From positions 1 through 41,058 of IMG/VR virus record IMGVR_UViG_3300020413_000989: a DNA stretch of 41,058 bases. The stretch is one strand, 5' to 3'. Shown in pieces: positions 1 to 8,833 of the stretch (position 1 is the first letter of the stretch; every line of letters starts with the position of its first letter). Origin of the DNA: a virus. Its lineage: Duplodnaviria; Caudoviricetes. A program made the translations under genes and the position numbers. Below the pieces are notes generated by a model. That model had not been told where the DNA came from and searched no databases. It saw nothing but the letters and a program-made list of their open reading frames with translations.

Positions 1-4
1 CACA

Positions 5-319
5 ATGGATAAAACAAAAGAAAAATGCAGTGTGGAGTTTGTGTTAAATCCAATGGTAGATATGATTCACACAACAATTAAACGTGATAATTTTGTTGAA
101 GGTAGCGAAAATTTAAGCGATGAATATCAAGTGCAATTACAAATTAATGACCATGTGTACAACATTGGAAAAGAATATCATGAAGGAAATACCAAACTTA
201 TTAAGTGCAATCACAATGTGGACCTCAATGACATTGTTAATATAAAATTAGAATCTAAAAAAGTTTTTAACAACAGTAAAGAAGTAACATATGATCAAAT
301 TGAGGTTATACTGATATGA
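5..319 (+). CDS. Hypothetical protein, possibly 5'-truncated by the window edge
   Basis: Open frame from the window start; its stop overlaps the next start (ATGA at 316-319), which suggests it is part of the operon. No motif recognised. Confidence 0.6.
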   Translation: MDKTKEKCSVEFVLNPMVDMIHTTIKRDNFVEGSENLSDEYQVQLQINDHVYNIGKEYHEGNTKLIKCNHNVDLNDIVNIKLESKKVFNNSKEVTYDQIEVILI

Positions 320-1410
320 AACATCTAAAAGGACTTATACCAGGTGAACAACAGTTGACCAGTGTGGCTAAACCAAATTGGCAGTATGGATACATCAAAG
401 ATGGCAAAAAAATAATTGATCCGTTGTTGCACTACGGGTGTTTTGTTTTAGGGTTTCAAAGAGATGACATATTGGATTATGTGTTTAATAATATAAAAGT
501 CAAGCCAGAGATAGCGGAAAGCATTGTTAAAAATGAAGATCTCTATCTTAACAACGCAACATATAAATTAAGTGACACTCTACACAGCATGACTGGATAT
601 AAAAATATTTTTGCTCTCAGTGGCAGTGATGCCAATGAAGGAGCAATCAAACTGGCATCTGCCTATCAGAAGACAATTGGACAAAACAAGAGGACCAAGA
701 TTATTTGTTTTGAAAACAGTTATCATGGCAGTACATTCTTGAACTACAACATGGGTGACAGTTTGTTTGAGGATCCTTTGTACACAATGAAACCGTACAA
801 TGAAGTGATCCGATTAAAAAGAGACTTCGATCCTTCCAGTGTCAACTGGGACGAAGTGATGTGCATCATGGTAGAAACTTGTTCCTACGGTCAACAACTC
901 AGACCCAACACGGATGAGTTCTGGAACAAGATTACGCAAATACAACACAGTGGTGTTGTGTTAATCTTAGATGACATCTTTATAGGGGGAGGCAAGACAG
1001 GTACGTTCGTCGGTTGGCGTAATTTGCCTGTCATGCCCGATATATTCACAATGGGCAAAGCCATCACAGCAGGATTTTTTCCGCTGAGTGCTACAATGTA
1101 TGGACCAAAGATTGCAGAAGCACTGCCCAACAATTTCAATTGGGAACATGGCTTCACATACAATTTTAGTTTGGCAGGTATCCTAAGTTGTATCAAATAT
1201 TTAGAAATACTCAATGACGAGAAGCCAATGGAAGAACACAGCAGGATTGTGTTGACAGCAAAAGAAATTTTTGAGCAGGCAGGCTATGACATCGTGGGAC
1301 AGTTTGGCACACACTTTGACATACGTCGTGGAGACGATCATAGATTCTTTATCATACCTATCAATGCCACAGAAGAATATTTTGATGTACTCAAGGAACA
1401 GGTTAAATGA
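316..1410 (+). CDS. Class III PLP-dependent aminotransferase (BioA/GabT/ArgD-like, compact)
   Basis: Motifs SGSDANEGAIK, SYHG, LILDDIFIGGGKTG (cf. DEVQTGFGRTG), DIFTMGKAITAG (PLP lysine) and HGFTY. Confidence 0.9.
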   Translation: MKHLKGLIPGEQQLTSVAKPNWQYGYIKDGKKIIDPLLHYGCFVLGFQRDDILDYVFNNIKVKPEIAESIVKNEDLYLNNATYKLSDTLHSMTGYKNIFALSGSDANEGAIKLASAYQKTIGQNKRTKIICFENSYHGSTFLNYNMGDSLFEDPLYTMKPYNEVIRLKRDFDPSSVNWDEVMCIMVETCSYGQQLRPNTDEFWNKITQIQHSGVVLILDDIFIGGGKTGTFVGWRNLPVMPDIFTMGKAITAGFFPLSATMYGPKIAEALPNNFNWEHGFTYNFSLAGILSCIKYLEILNDEKPMEEHSRIVLTAKEIFEQAGYDIVGQFGTHFDIRRGDDHRFFIIPINATEEYFDVLKEQVK

Positions 1411-1943
1411 AAGTAATAGATAATTTTTTACCAGCAGAAGTCTACACTGATTTGTGGAATCATCTGCAACAGTTGAAGACACCTTTGGAATGTCCAAGGG
1501 ACGAAGAGGATCATCAAGGTTTACAGAATTGCGATAGATTTGCCATAGAGGGCGAAGCAAAAACTCTGTTTATGACCGAACTGGTCAATCAGGATGTGTG
1601 CAGAATCAATTGGCTGGAACCCAAGTACGAAATGACATACCACAGGATGAAGGCACCATATTACAGTCATTTCCATTGCGATAGATTGAGCGACTGGCAC
1701 AGCGACGAGATAGATTATGTGGGCATATCGTTCTTTATGAACGACGACTGGAAATACAACGACGGTGGATTGTTTGCATGGAAACAGACTTGGGACAGCA
1801 ACAGAGGAGAGTTTGTGGAACCCATACAGAACAGATTGATAATAAATCCAATGGATTATCCACACGCAGTCACACAGATAACCAATCCGGATGTGATGAG
1901 GCACAGCATACAGATTTTTATTGCCAAGGAGTATGTGAAATGA
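1407..1943 (+). CDS. 2OG-Fe(II) oxygenase (prolyl-4-hydroxylase-like)
   Basis: N-terminal VIDNFLP, HxD (HCD), WxxxDGG, distal His (HAVT) and RxS (RHSIQIF). Confidence 0.85.
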   Translation: MKVIDNFLPAEVYTDLWNHLQQLKTPLECPRDEEDHQGLQNCDRFAIEGEAKTLFMTELVNQDVCRINWLEPKYEMTYHRMKAPYYSHFHCDRLSDWHSDEIDYVGISFFMNDDWKYNDGGLFAWKQTWDSNRGEFVEPIQNRLIINPMDYPHAVTQITNPDVMRHSIQIFIAKEYVK

Positions 1944-3004
1944 TCTACACAGAATATGATCCATTACAATCTGTAATAGTGGGAGACACATATGCTCCTG
2001 GAGATGTGGATCACTTGTTGACTGAAGGCAACATCACACAGTTTAACAAAATATTAGAAGACACCAAGCAGGATCTAGACAGTCTGGCAGACTTTCTCAA
2101 GCAGGGAAAAGTTGAAGTGCATCGTCCTCACATACACAATTATGACAGTGTGAAGATGCCTCAGTTTGATATCAAACTGCCAATAGCACCTGTGGTGCCA
2201 AGAGATGCACTGATGGTGATGGGCAACACAATCATACAGACATACACCAGTTACACAGACAGATACTTTGATGCTATCAGTTACTATCCTATATTTGAAA
2301 AAATGTTCAAGGAAGGATACCGTTGGATCAGTCAGCCAGCACCCATGCTACAGAATCTAAACACAGAGGATGATTGGTTTGTGAATGATAAAACCTACAA
2401 AGAAAAATTATGGGACAGAGTGTTGTGGCACACTGCCACAATGTACAAGGCAGGAGATGCCTTTATTGTTAATCAAGAAGGTCCCGGATCTATGACAGGA
2501 TTGGAATGGTGCAGACGTGAATTGAGTGACTACAAGTTTCACACAAATCAAGGCACACGCTTCAATGGATTTGGACACATTGACCACGGCTTTATAATGA
2601 TAGATGATGACACAGTGATACACGCAGGCATTGATTGGGTACCAGAGTGTCTACGCAACAAAAAATTAATAGACGTCAGTGACTGTTTGCCTGAATTAAA
2701 GATGGATAGATATGTGCAGGATTATGCAGAAGCCAAAAACAAAATGGATGTTGCATGGTTAGACAAGTACTTGGACAACTGGAGAGGTTACAGTCAAGAA
2801 GTTTGCTTTGATCTCAATGTGTTGGTGATAGACAGAAATAACATTGTGTTTGCTAGACACATACCCAAACTGTTTGCAAAACTGAAGTCCTTGCATATAG
2901 ACTGCCACGTAGTGGAACAGCGCCATTATTTGTTTTGGGATGGTGGTATACATTGTAGCACATTGGACGTGAAACGTTCAGGCGTCAAAAGAAAAATCAT
3001 ATAA
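1940..3004 (+). CDS. Amidinotransferase (glycine/inosamine-phosphate amidinotransferase family)
   Basis: Start re-assigned to ATG 1940 (MIYTEYDPLQSVIVGD), which has AAGGAG upstream and an ATGA overlap. Motifs PRD, GHID, DLNVLVID and GGIHCST (catalytic Cys). Confidence 0.9.
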   Translation: MIYTEYDPLQSVIVGDTYAPGDVDHLLTEGNITQFNKILEDTKQDLDSLADFLKQGKVEVHRPHIHNYDSVKMPQFDIKLPIAPVVPRDALMVMGNTIIQTYTSYTDRYFDAISYYPIFEKMFKEGYRWISQPAPMLQNLNTEDDWFVNDKTYKEKLWDRVLWHTATMYKAGDAFIVNQEGPGSMTGLEWCRRELSDYKFHTNQGTRFNGFGHIDHGFIMIDDDTVIHAGIDWVPECLRNKKLIDVSDCLPELKMDRYVQDYAEAKNKMDVAWLDKYLDNWRGYSQEVCFDLNVLVIDRNNIVFARHIPKLFAKLKSLHIDCHVVEQRHYLFWDGGIHCSTLDVKRSGVKRKII

Positions 3005-3087
3005 AAACCTGCTTACCGAATCGCTTTGCTGTCCGCTTCGCGGTTTAAAAATCTGCGTTACCGCTTCGCGGAAAATTGGCTTTCCGC
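3003..3087. repeat. GC-rich repeat/hairpin element between convergent genes; two CCGCTTCGCGG copies
   Basis: CCGCTTCGCGG at 3033-3043 and 3061-3071. Imperfect direct repeat AAAAACCTGC-TTACCG / AAAAATCTGCGTTACCG. Additional stem GCGGAAA (3068-3074) / TTTCCGC (3081-3087). Confidence 0.85.
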
Positions 3088-3088
3088 C

Positions 3089-3727
3089 TTAGGCTTTCTT
3101 CTGATGAATGTAGTTGTTATCGTTTGAAAATTTAATACGCTGGTTTCGTATTGCTATGTTGGATAGAAATAATTGTTTGTTGTCCATAAATTTACTTTGT
3201 TCCGTTTTTTGGAATGCATAGTATATTAAGTGCTGTTCTGTATATGTTTTGCGTATTAATTTATAATTGCTTTCTTTTATTAAAGTATCGAAAAAATTTT
3301 CACTGTAATAATAATGACAGTGTTTTCTAAAAAGATTTTCTTTATCATGTTTATTAATTTCAGGTACACCATGAATCATAATTCCATTTGTTTTACAACA
3401 ATGATCTGCTATTTTAAAACAAGTATATTGTGCGTCAAATGGTTCTACGTGCTCTGTTGTTCCTATATTATATACAACATCAAATAAATTACCCCAATCT
3501 GTAAAATCGTTAAAAACTGATAAGTCTTTAACTACTGCTCCACGTTTTCCGTTTAAATCAATCGAAGTATGATCAAATCCTTTTTCAATCCAATATTCTT
3601 TTGCTGGTCTGACATTGGGTCTTATTATTTGATCACCATACTCTAACATTTTTAAATTGTTGCATTGATTAAAAACAGTGAGAACATCTTCCTCAATAAA
3701 TTTTAGTAGATCTTGTTTAATAGCCAT
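3089..3727 (-). CDS. Class I SAM-dependent methyltransferase-like protein
   Basis: MLEYGDQ, SIDLNG, FDVVYNIGTTEHVE and KTNGIMIHGVP fit the Rossmann methyltransferase motif order. Confidence 0.7.
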   Translation of the reverse strand: MAIKQDLLKFIEEDVLTVFNQCNNLKMLEYGDQIIRPNVRPAKEYWIEKGFDHTSIDLNGKRGAVVKDLSVFNDFTDWGNLFDVVYNIGTTEHVEPFDAQYTCFKIADHCCKTNGIMIHGVPEINKHDKENLFRKHCHYYYSENFFDTLIKESNYKLIRKTYTEQHLIYYAFQKTEQSKFMDNKQLFLSNIAIRNQRIKFSNDNNYIHQKKA

Positions 3728-3737
3728 ACTGTATATA

Positions 3738-5369
3738 TCAGGTTTCTAACCACTGCTGGAATGAATGAAGTTGCACATCTGCACACTCCACATAGTCTGA
3801 ATTGTTATGATGTTTAACTTTGCCTCTACCTGATATGATATCACCATCTCTATGACTGAAAGGCTTTTTAACTGTGATGTCTATGTATTCTCCTGGACCT
3901 ATTCCAAGTGTTACAAATGTTACGTACTTGCCGTTTTTGCCTCTGAACACTCTACCATTAGCGACCACTCCTGCAAACTCTACATAATCTAAATACTGCG
4001 TTGCAACTTTACACTTAGGTATGAATCCTCTTCTCCACCAACCAGGTTCATTGTCTACACCAACTCTCTGTGCTTCTGTGTTGTATACCCAACGTCTGTA
4101 TGAACCTTCACAGTGTTTTAAACAAGCCTCCCAAAATTTTTGAGGATTGTGTGCTTTCTGATATGCTAGTGCCCAAATTAATCTTCCAAGATTTACTGCG
4201 TGTGCCCTACACAATCCAAATCCTGAAAGAGTCATCAGTGTATCTATTGCTTCTTGCTTCTTAGGATGATTGCCTAATTTTTCTACAAACTCTAAAATTT
4301 TTTCATCTTTCTTTTTTGCAAATGCTCTGCGATACATATCTGCTTCATACATATCAATACCTATAATTTCAGAAATAATTTCGATAGCATCATCTTCGAA
4401 CACAATACTATCTTGTACTCCGTCTTTTGTCCAGTCATTAAACATTGATGCTTTTTGTCTTCCTGTTAGTGCCACAGGTCTTATCATGGCTGTTGCAAAC
4501 ACACAATCATATACACTTTTAGGTTGTATTGCTCTAAACAGTCTACGCATAGCAGGTGACTCTCCTTGTGTAACTCCTAACACATCTCCTCTGCGTAGAA
4601 GATTGGCTGTTGCTTCATCTTCTTCAGGATAGTCTGTTAAATTTCTATCAGGATCTATTTCTAATAATTGACTTAATCCTCTATTAGCAAGTATGTCAAC
4701 TTTTAAATGTTCTAAGTCTTCTACTTCGTATTTGTCTAATAATATTTGATTGTCTTCACTGATTAAACTTTTAGGCAGTTGTCGATCAAACATTATTATA
4801 CCACCACAATGTTTTGATATGCAACGTTTTTTGCCTAATAGTTTTTGTTCAATACGTTTTGCTTCTTTAGGATCTATATCATAATCTTCATATTTAAAAT
4901 TACGTGGCAGGTTTCCTTTTACGCCTAAACGTTTTGCCGCTTCACGTTTTGCTGATTTAGGTTGATAAGTTACATAATTTGAAATACGTGCAGTCTTGCC
5001 GGGCCATTTTTTAAAGATACGTTCCATTACATCTTTTTGTCGCCAATGTTCAAAGTCTATATCTACATCTGGTAAATCATCACGCAGTGGATTTAAGAAA
5101 CGTGCAACAGGTATATTCCATTTAACTGGATCTACATCAGTTATTCCTAACAAGTAGCACACAAGAGATGATCCTGCTGAACCTCTTGTCATGTGTTTTA
5201 TGTCTTGTGTTATGTCTATGATATCGCAAATTTTTAAGAAGTATTCTGTGAATCTTTGTTTTAATATTAATTCAAATTCTTCTGCGAGTCTTTGTTGGTA
5301 CACTTCATCGTTGGGCATTTGCCTTTTAAAACGTTCAGTGAGCCTTTGTATATTTTCTAAATCTTTCAT
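3738..5369 (-). CDS. dnaE: Family C DNA polymerase (DnaE/Pol III alpha-like), lacking the PHP domain
   Basis: RGSAGSSLVCYLLGIT, RFLNPLRDDLPDVDIDF, KHCGG, KVDILA, QGESPAMR, IRP, GFGLCRAHA and a C-terminal OB-fold-like segment. Confidence 0.92.
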   Translation of the reverse strand: MKDLENIQRLTERFKRQMPNDEVYQQRLAEEFELILKQRFTEYFLKICDIIDITQDIKHMTRGSAGSSLVCYLLGITDVDPVKWNIPVARFLNPLRDDLPDVDIDFEHWRQKDVMERIFKKWPGKTARISNYVTYQPKSAKREAAKRLGVKGNLPRNFKYEDYDIDPKEAKRIEQKLLGKKRCISKHCGGIIMFDRQLPKSLISEDNQILLDKYEVEDLEHLKVDILANRGLSQLLEIDPDRNLTDYPEEDEATANLLRRGDVLGVTQGESPAMRRLFRAIQPKSVYDCVFATAMIRPVALTGRQKASMFNDWTKDGVQDSIVFEDDAIEIISEIIGIDMYEADMYRRAFAKKKDEKILEFVEKLGNHPKKQEAIDTLMTLSGFGLCRAHAVNLGRLIWALAYQKAHNPQKFWEACLKHCEGSYRRWVYNTEAQRVGVDNEPGWWRRGFIPKCKVATQYLDYVEFAGVVANGRVFRGKNGKYVTFVTLGIGPGEYIDITVKKPFSHRDGDIISGRGKVKHHNNSDYVECADVQLHSFQQWLET

Positions 5370-5393
5370 TGTTTGCCTCTTTGCCTAAAACAA

Positions 5394-5400
5394 TATTTAT
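5394..5400 (-). promoter_or_regulatory. T4-late-like promoter ATAAATA upstream of the 543-aa DnaE
   Basis: ATAAATA 24 nt before the ATG; the same motif recurs upstream of many structural genes in the window. Confidence 0.55.
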
Positions 5401-5419
5401 GTTTAAAAAATTATTGGAT

Positions 5420-6268
5420 TTATGATTTTGGTAAAATGTTTAAGCCGTAATATGCCATGAAAGGTGCAAGGAATGTGCCATTACCTAGTTCTTCTGAACT
5501 CCATTGAATACTACTTAAACAATTAAAAACTTTTTGTCTTTCTAAATCTGAAGGATAATATAAATCATTTATTTTTGAAATATTGTCTACACTATAATCT
5601 TTTAGCACACCAGGGACTAAAGATATCACAGGCACTCCTTCTCTTAATGCTTCTGTTACAGCCATGGTGTGTAAACTAATTACGCAATAAATGTTGTCTA
5701 AAGAATCACAAAAACCTCGTGAACCTCTAGACTTCTTGTTTCCTTTTTTTCTTATCTTTATAGGTCTATTGGTATATTTCTTAACTTCAGTTTCTACTTC
5801 TGCTATCCATTCGTCAACAGACTTTTTAATTCCATAAAAATCCAATCCATTTTGGCTAGGAGCAACAATGTATACTTGTTCACCCTTTTGCCATTTTTTA
5901 ATTGGCATATTAAATTTATTAAATCTTGTGTTATCAAATCCTTGTTTAATTTTAGTAACTTGATTTTCGTTAAAACAAATCCGCCAAAATTTTGGTTTCC
6001 ACCAATTACAATAACCTTTTTCAACATTAATATAATCTATGCCTTTTGCTTCTAATTTTTGATGTATCCTTGGATCGTCATGCCCACCAACTCCACCGAG
6101 TATAACCAGATCATCCTTTTCAATATCAGTATCTGCACTTACAACCATAGGCAGATAAAATTTACGCGAAATATTTTTTGCAATCCATGTGGAAGTTTCT
6201 GTTGACGTTCCTGTGTCTAAATCTTTTGGAACAACTACTCTTGAATATGTTTTATTCATTTTCATCAA
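5420..6268 (-). CDS. Putative glycosyltransferase (KpsS/capsule-synthesis-like GT-B); true start probably 6259-6265
   Basis: C-terminal CVISLHTMAVTEALREGVPV...ER...LSSIQW..EEL..G is shared with three paralogs at 18.6-22.0 kb. Confidence 0.55.
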   Translation of the reverse strand: MMKMNKTYSRVVVPKDLDTGTSTETSTWIAKNISRKFYLPMVVSADTDIEKDDLVILGGVGGHDDPRIHQKLEAKGIDYINVEKGYCNWWKPKFWRICFNENQVTKIKQGFDNTRFNKFNMPIKKWQKGEQVYIVAPSQNGLDFYGIKKSVDEWIAEVETEVKKYTNRPIKIRKKGNKKSRGSRGFCDSLDNIYCVISLHTMAVTEALREGVPVISLVPGVLKDYSVDNISKINDLYYPSDLERQKVFNCLSSIQWSSEELGNGTFLAPFMAYYGLNILPKS

Positions 6269-7697
6269 GGTTCTTTAAGAAGTCCCTTAATTTAGTCTGA
6301 TCTGTGTTGTCAGTGTTTACTCTGCCTACTGTGTCACCTTTTCTTGGATCAGGTGGAGTAATTTCTTTTGGAGCAGATGCATCTTCAGTGATTGTGGAAG
6401 TTTGTTTTAATGAATTATAGATTGTGCTTTTACGTTTGTCAAACTCTTGATATTCTGCATCATCACCTAAGTCTCTAATACGCAAACTGTCTACATCAAA
6501 TTCTAAATCAATTTTCATACCAACACCACTAGAACTTCTTGTTTTCATTAATTGTATTTGATATCTGCCACGTTCTCTCATTGCTCTACTTGTGAATATA
6601 CCAAACACGTTGTCAGCAGTTTGTATTTTACTTAAACCACCTGCTATGTGCGAATGATCAAACTCTATTTCTTCTACTGCACCTCTGTTCAACTGTGATG
6701 CTGTTACAAATATTACATTCAATTCCATAGCCAAGTTTCTTAATTCTTCTGAAACAAATTTATCTTTTACAAATAAATCACTTGGACTTACTTTTTTATT
6801 CATTGGCATCATTAAATCTAGATAATCAACTAGCACAACATCTAGTTTTGTGCCTGTTTTAATTTCATATTCTTTAATATAACTTCTTAAATCATTTGTA
6901 GTTTTACCACTTGGCATATATTTTATTTGAAACTTACCTGACTTTTTACCAAGTAATTTAACTTTCATTTCTACACCATCTAAGTCTTTGAATATTTCTT
7001 TTGTTGGAACATCTGTCAACATAGAATCTACCCTCATACTTACAAGTGGTTCGCTTAATTCAAAAGTGATGTACGCAACATTCATTCCATTCAATACCCA
7101 GTTGCAACCTAAGTTTGCAAGGAACAAAGACTTACCTGCACCTGATCCTCCTGCAAAAATATTCAATTCACCTTTGTTGAATCCACCAAACAATCTTTTA
7201 TCTAGTGTTGCCCAACCTGTGCTGACTTGACCATTTTGATTTTTCAATCCCATTAATCTTGCTTTAGGATCTGCAAAGTAATCTGTTCCTATATCTTTGT
7301 GTAATCCAATCTGCACTGCCTTTTTGACCAAATCTTCAACTGGACCATATTCACCTTTTTCAAGCATATCAGCAGATTTTAATATTGCTCTTTCTAAACT
7401 TTTATGTCTAACAAAAGTTTCAAAGTCATTTAGTAACCAGTCGAAATGTTCTTCTGTAAGTTGTTCAGTATGTTTTAGATCCACATTGCAAGATTTATTA
7501 ACAATATCATACGTTGGCAACTGATTATAATCAGTCACATATTTGTTTATGAATTGTGCTGTGTCTTGAAGTTTTCTATCAAACAATGAATGATCAAATA
7601 TAGATTGGCAACGCACGAATGTTTCTGCGTTCTGTAACATCATTTCTAGATACAACTTTTGTATGTCATATCCATAATCTTTATTCTGTTTTGCCAT
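6252..7697 (-). CDS. Replicative DNA helicase (DnaB / T4 gp41-like)
   Basis: Walker A GGSGAGKS, VDYLDLM, TASQLNR and MKTRSS. Start re-assigned to ATG 7697 (MAKQNK), directly downstream of a consensus promoter. Confidence 0.95.
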   Translation of the reverse strand: MAKQNKDYGYDIQKLYLEMMLQNAETFVRCQSIFDHSLFDRKLQDTAQFINKYVTDYNQLPTYDIVNKSCNVDLKHTEQLTEEHFDWLLNDFETFVRHKSLERAILKSADMLEKGEYGPVEDLVKKAVQIGLHKDIGTDYFADPKARLMGLKNQNGQVSTGWATLDKRLFGGFNKGELNIFAGGSGAGKSLFLANLGCNWVLNGMNVAYITFELSEPLVSMRVDSMLTDVPTKEIFKDLDGVEMKVKLLGKKSGKFQIKYMPSGKTTNDLRSYIKEYEIKTGTKLDVVLVDYLDLMMPMNKKVSPSDLFVKDKFVSEELRNLAMELNVIFVTASQLNRGAVEEIEFDHSHIAGGLSKIQTADNVFGIFTSRAMRERGRYQIQLMKTRSSSGVGMKIDLEFDVDSLRIRDLGDDAEYQEFDKRKSTIYNSLKQTSTITEDASAPKEITPPDPRKGDTVGRVNTDNTDQTKLRDFLKNLDENE

Positions 7698-8691
7698 GTT
7701 CCTTATTATACCACATTTCGTTTGAATTGTCAATGTGCTTGTGATATTTGGCAAGTACAGCACCTATGCAACTACCAGGGTCGCCAGGATTTTTTGGAAC
7801 CCATATGTCATCCCAAACATTTTCTAATTTGCCTACTGCTGTTTTATTCAACGCACAACCACCTACCAAAATAATATTTGATGTGTTGATATTCATCTGT
7901 ATCCATGAACTTGCACACATTAATACTTGTTCAAAAATATGTTGTGTAGTTGCGGCAATGTCAGCCAAATCTTGTTCTGTGTTTAATTCTGGTCTCCACC
8001 AGTTGCAACCTCTATGTAAATTAACTCGCGTTTTGAAAGGCATTCTTGTATCAATTAATTCTTCCATAAACATTCTGTAATATTTTCTCCACTTACCTTT
8101 TTTAGCAAGTTGTTCGAATTTGTGTTCCTCTGCATTTGCTTTGAGACCAACCCTTTGAGTCATTGCTGAATAAAATAAACCAATGCTGTGCGGATAATTT
8201 TGTGTGTATTTCTTTTCTAGTTTTCCACCATGTCCATGCCATATTGTAAAAGTTTCAAACTCTCCTATGCTGTCTAAAACAACAACTGCGGCATCTCTAT
8301 ATGGAGAAGTGTAGTATCCATATGCGGCATGACTTTCATGATGATTAACATATTCTATTGGCACATGGTGAATGCCTGCTTTACCTAAAAATTTTTTAAT
8401 GTTATTTTCTTTCCACTTCCATCCTTGACCTGCAATAAGTTGGCGCATAGTTTTTTTGAAAGGTTTTTCATAGAAATATATTTTTGCAGGAAAGGCCCAT
8501 TTAGGATTTGATCTTACTTCTGCCATAAGTTTAGGACAAAGTGTAGGGTCTCCAGGTATACCGCTGAAGTCTTTAGACATTCCTGCCCATTTTAATTTTA
8601 AATTATAGTGATCTGTAAGTCCTGCTACTCTCCACTCCATCACGGCAAGACTGGCATCGTGATTGTTTCCTGTTACTCCCCAAACTATCAT
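7681..8691 (-). CDS. Carbamoyltransferase, N-terminal (Kae1-like) domain only (NodU/CmcH/TobZ family)
   Basis: NHDASLA, FYEKP, HHESHAAYGYY, VLDSIGE, SIGLFYSAMT, GGCALN and PGDPGSCIGA. The protein ends about 25 aa later with no C-terminal domain. Confidence 0.88.
   Translation of the reverse strand: MIVWGVTGNNHDASLAVMEWRVAGLTDHYNLKLKWAGMSKDFSGIPGDPTLCPKLMAEVRSNPKWAFPAKIYFYEKPFKKTMRQLIAGQGWKWKENNIKKFLGKAGIHHVPIEYVNHHESHAAYGYYTSPYRDAAVVVLDSIGEFETFTIWHGHGGKLEKKYTQNYPHSIGLFYSAMTQRVGLKANAEEHKFEQLAKKGKWRKYYRMFMEELIDTRMPFKTRVNLHRGCNWWRPELNTEQDLADIAATTQHIFEQVLMCASSWIQMNINTSNIILVGGCALNKTAVGKLENVWDDIWVPKNPGDPGSCIGAVLAKYHKHIDNSNEMWYNKEHGKTE
7705..7733 (-). promoter_or_regulatory. Consensus sigma70 promoter for the helicase
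   Basis: TTGACA-17 nt-TATAAT with a TG extended -10, 7 nt before the ATG. It lies inside the 3' end of the carbamoyltransferase gene. Confidence 0.85.
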
Positions 8692-8698
8692 TTTTCTC

Positions 8699-8833
8699 CT
8701 ATTTGTATATAAACGGATCTCTCTTTTGTAATTCTCTTATTTTTTTCTTGTATTTGATGTAATTAACAAGTTTTCTAATAGGAGAGGTTACAAAATAGTA
8801 AACCTTTTTTAATAATTCTTTTACGCGAACCAT
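8699..8833 (-). CDS. Small basic protein, 44 aa (MVRVKELLKK...RELQKRDPFIYK); not in the ORF track
   Basis: Translated by hand. It fills the primase-carbamoyltransferase gap and its stop runs into the AGGAG RBS of the next gene. Confidence 0.75.
   Translation of the reverse strand: MVRVKELLKKVYYFVTSPIRKLVNYIKYKKKIRELQKRDPFIYK

Noticed and set aside
1778-1939. 54-aa N-terminal extension of the amidinotransferase in the ORF track
   Set aside because: It overlaps the oxygenase gene; ATG 1940 has an RBS, an ATGA junction and matches the family N-terminus.
891-2953. Minus-strand ORFs under the plus-strand cassette
   Set aside because: Antisense shadows of motif-bearing genes, with no motifs or RBS of their own.
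3003-3087. CRISPR mini-array or tRNA at the convergent junction
   Set aside because: Only two 11-bp copies 17 nt apart, with no cloverleaf and no cas genes.
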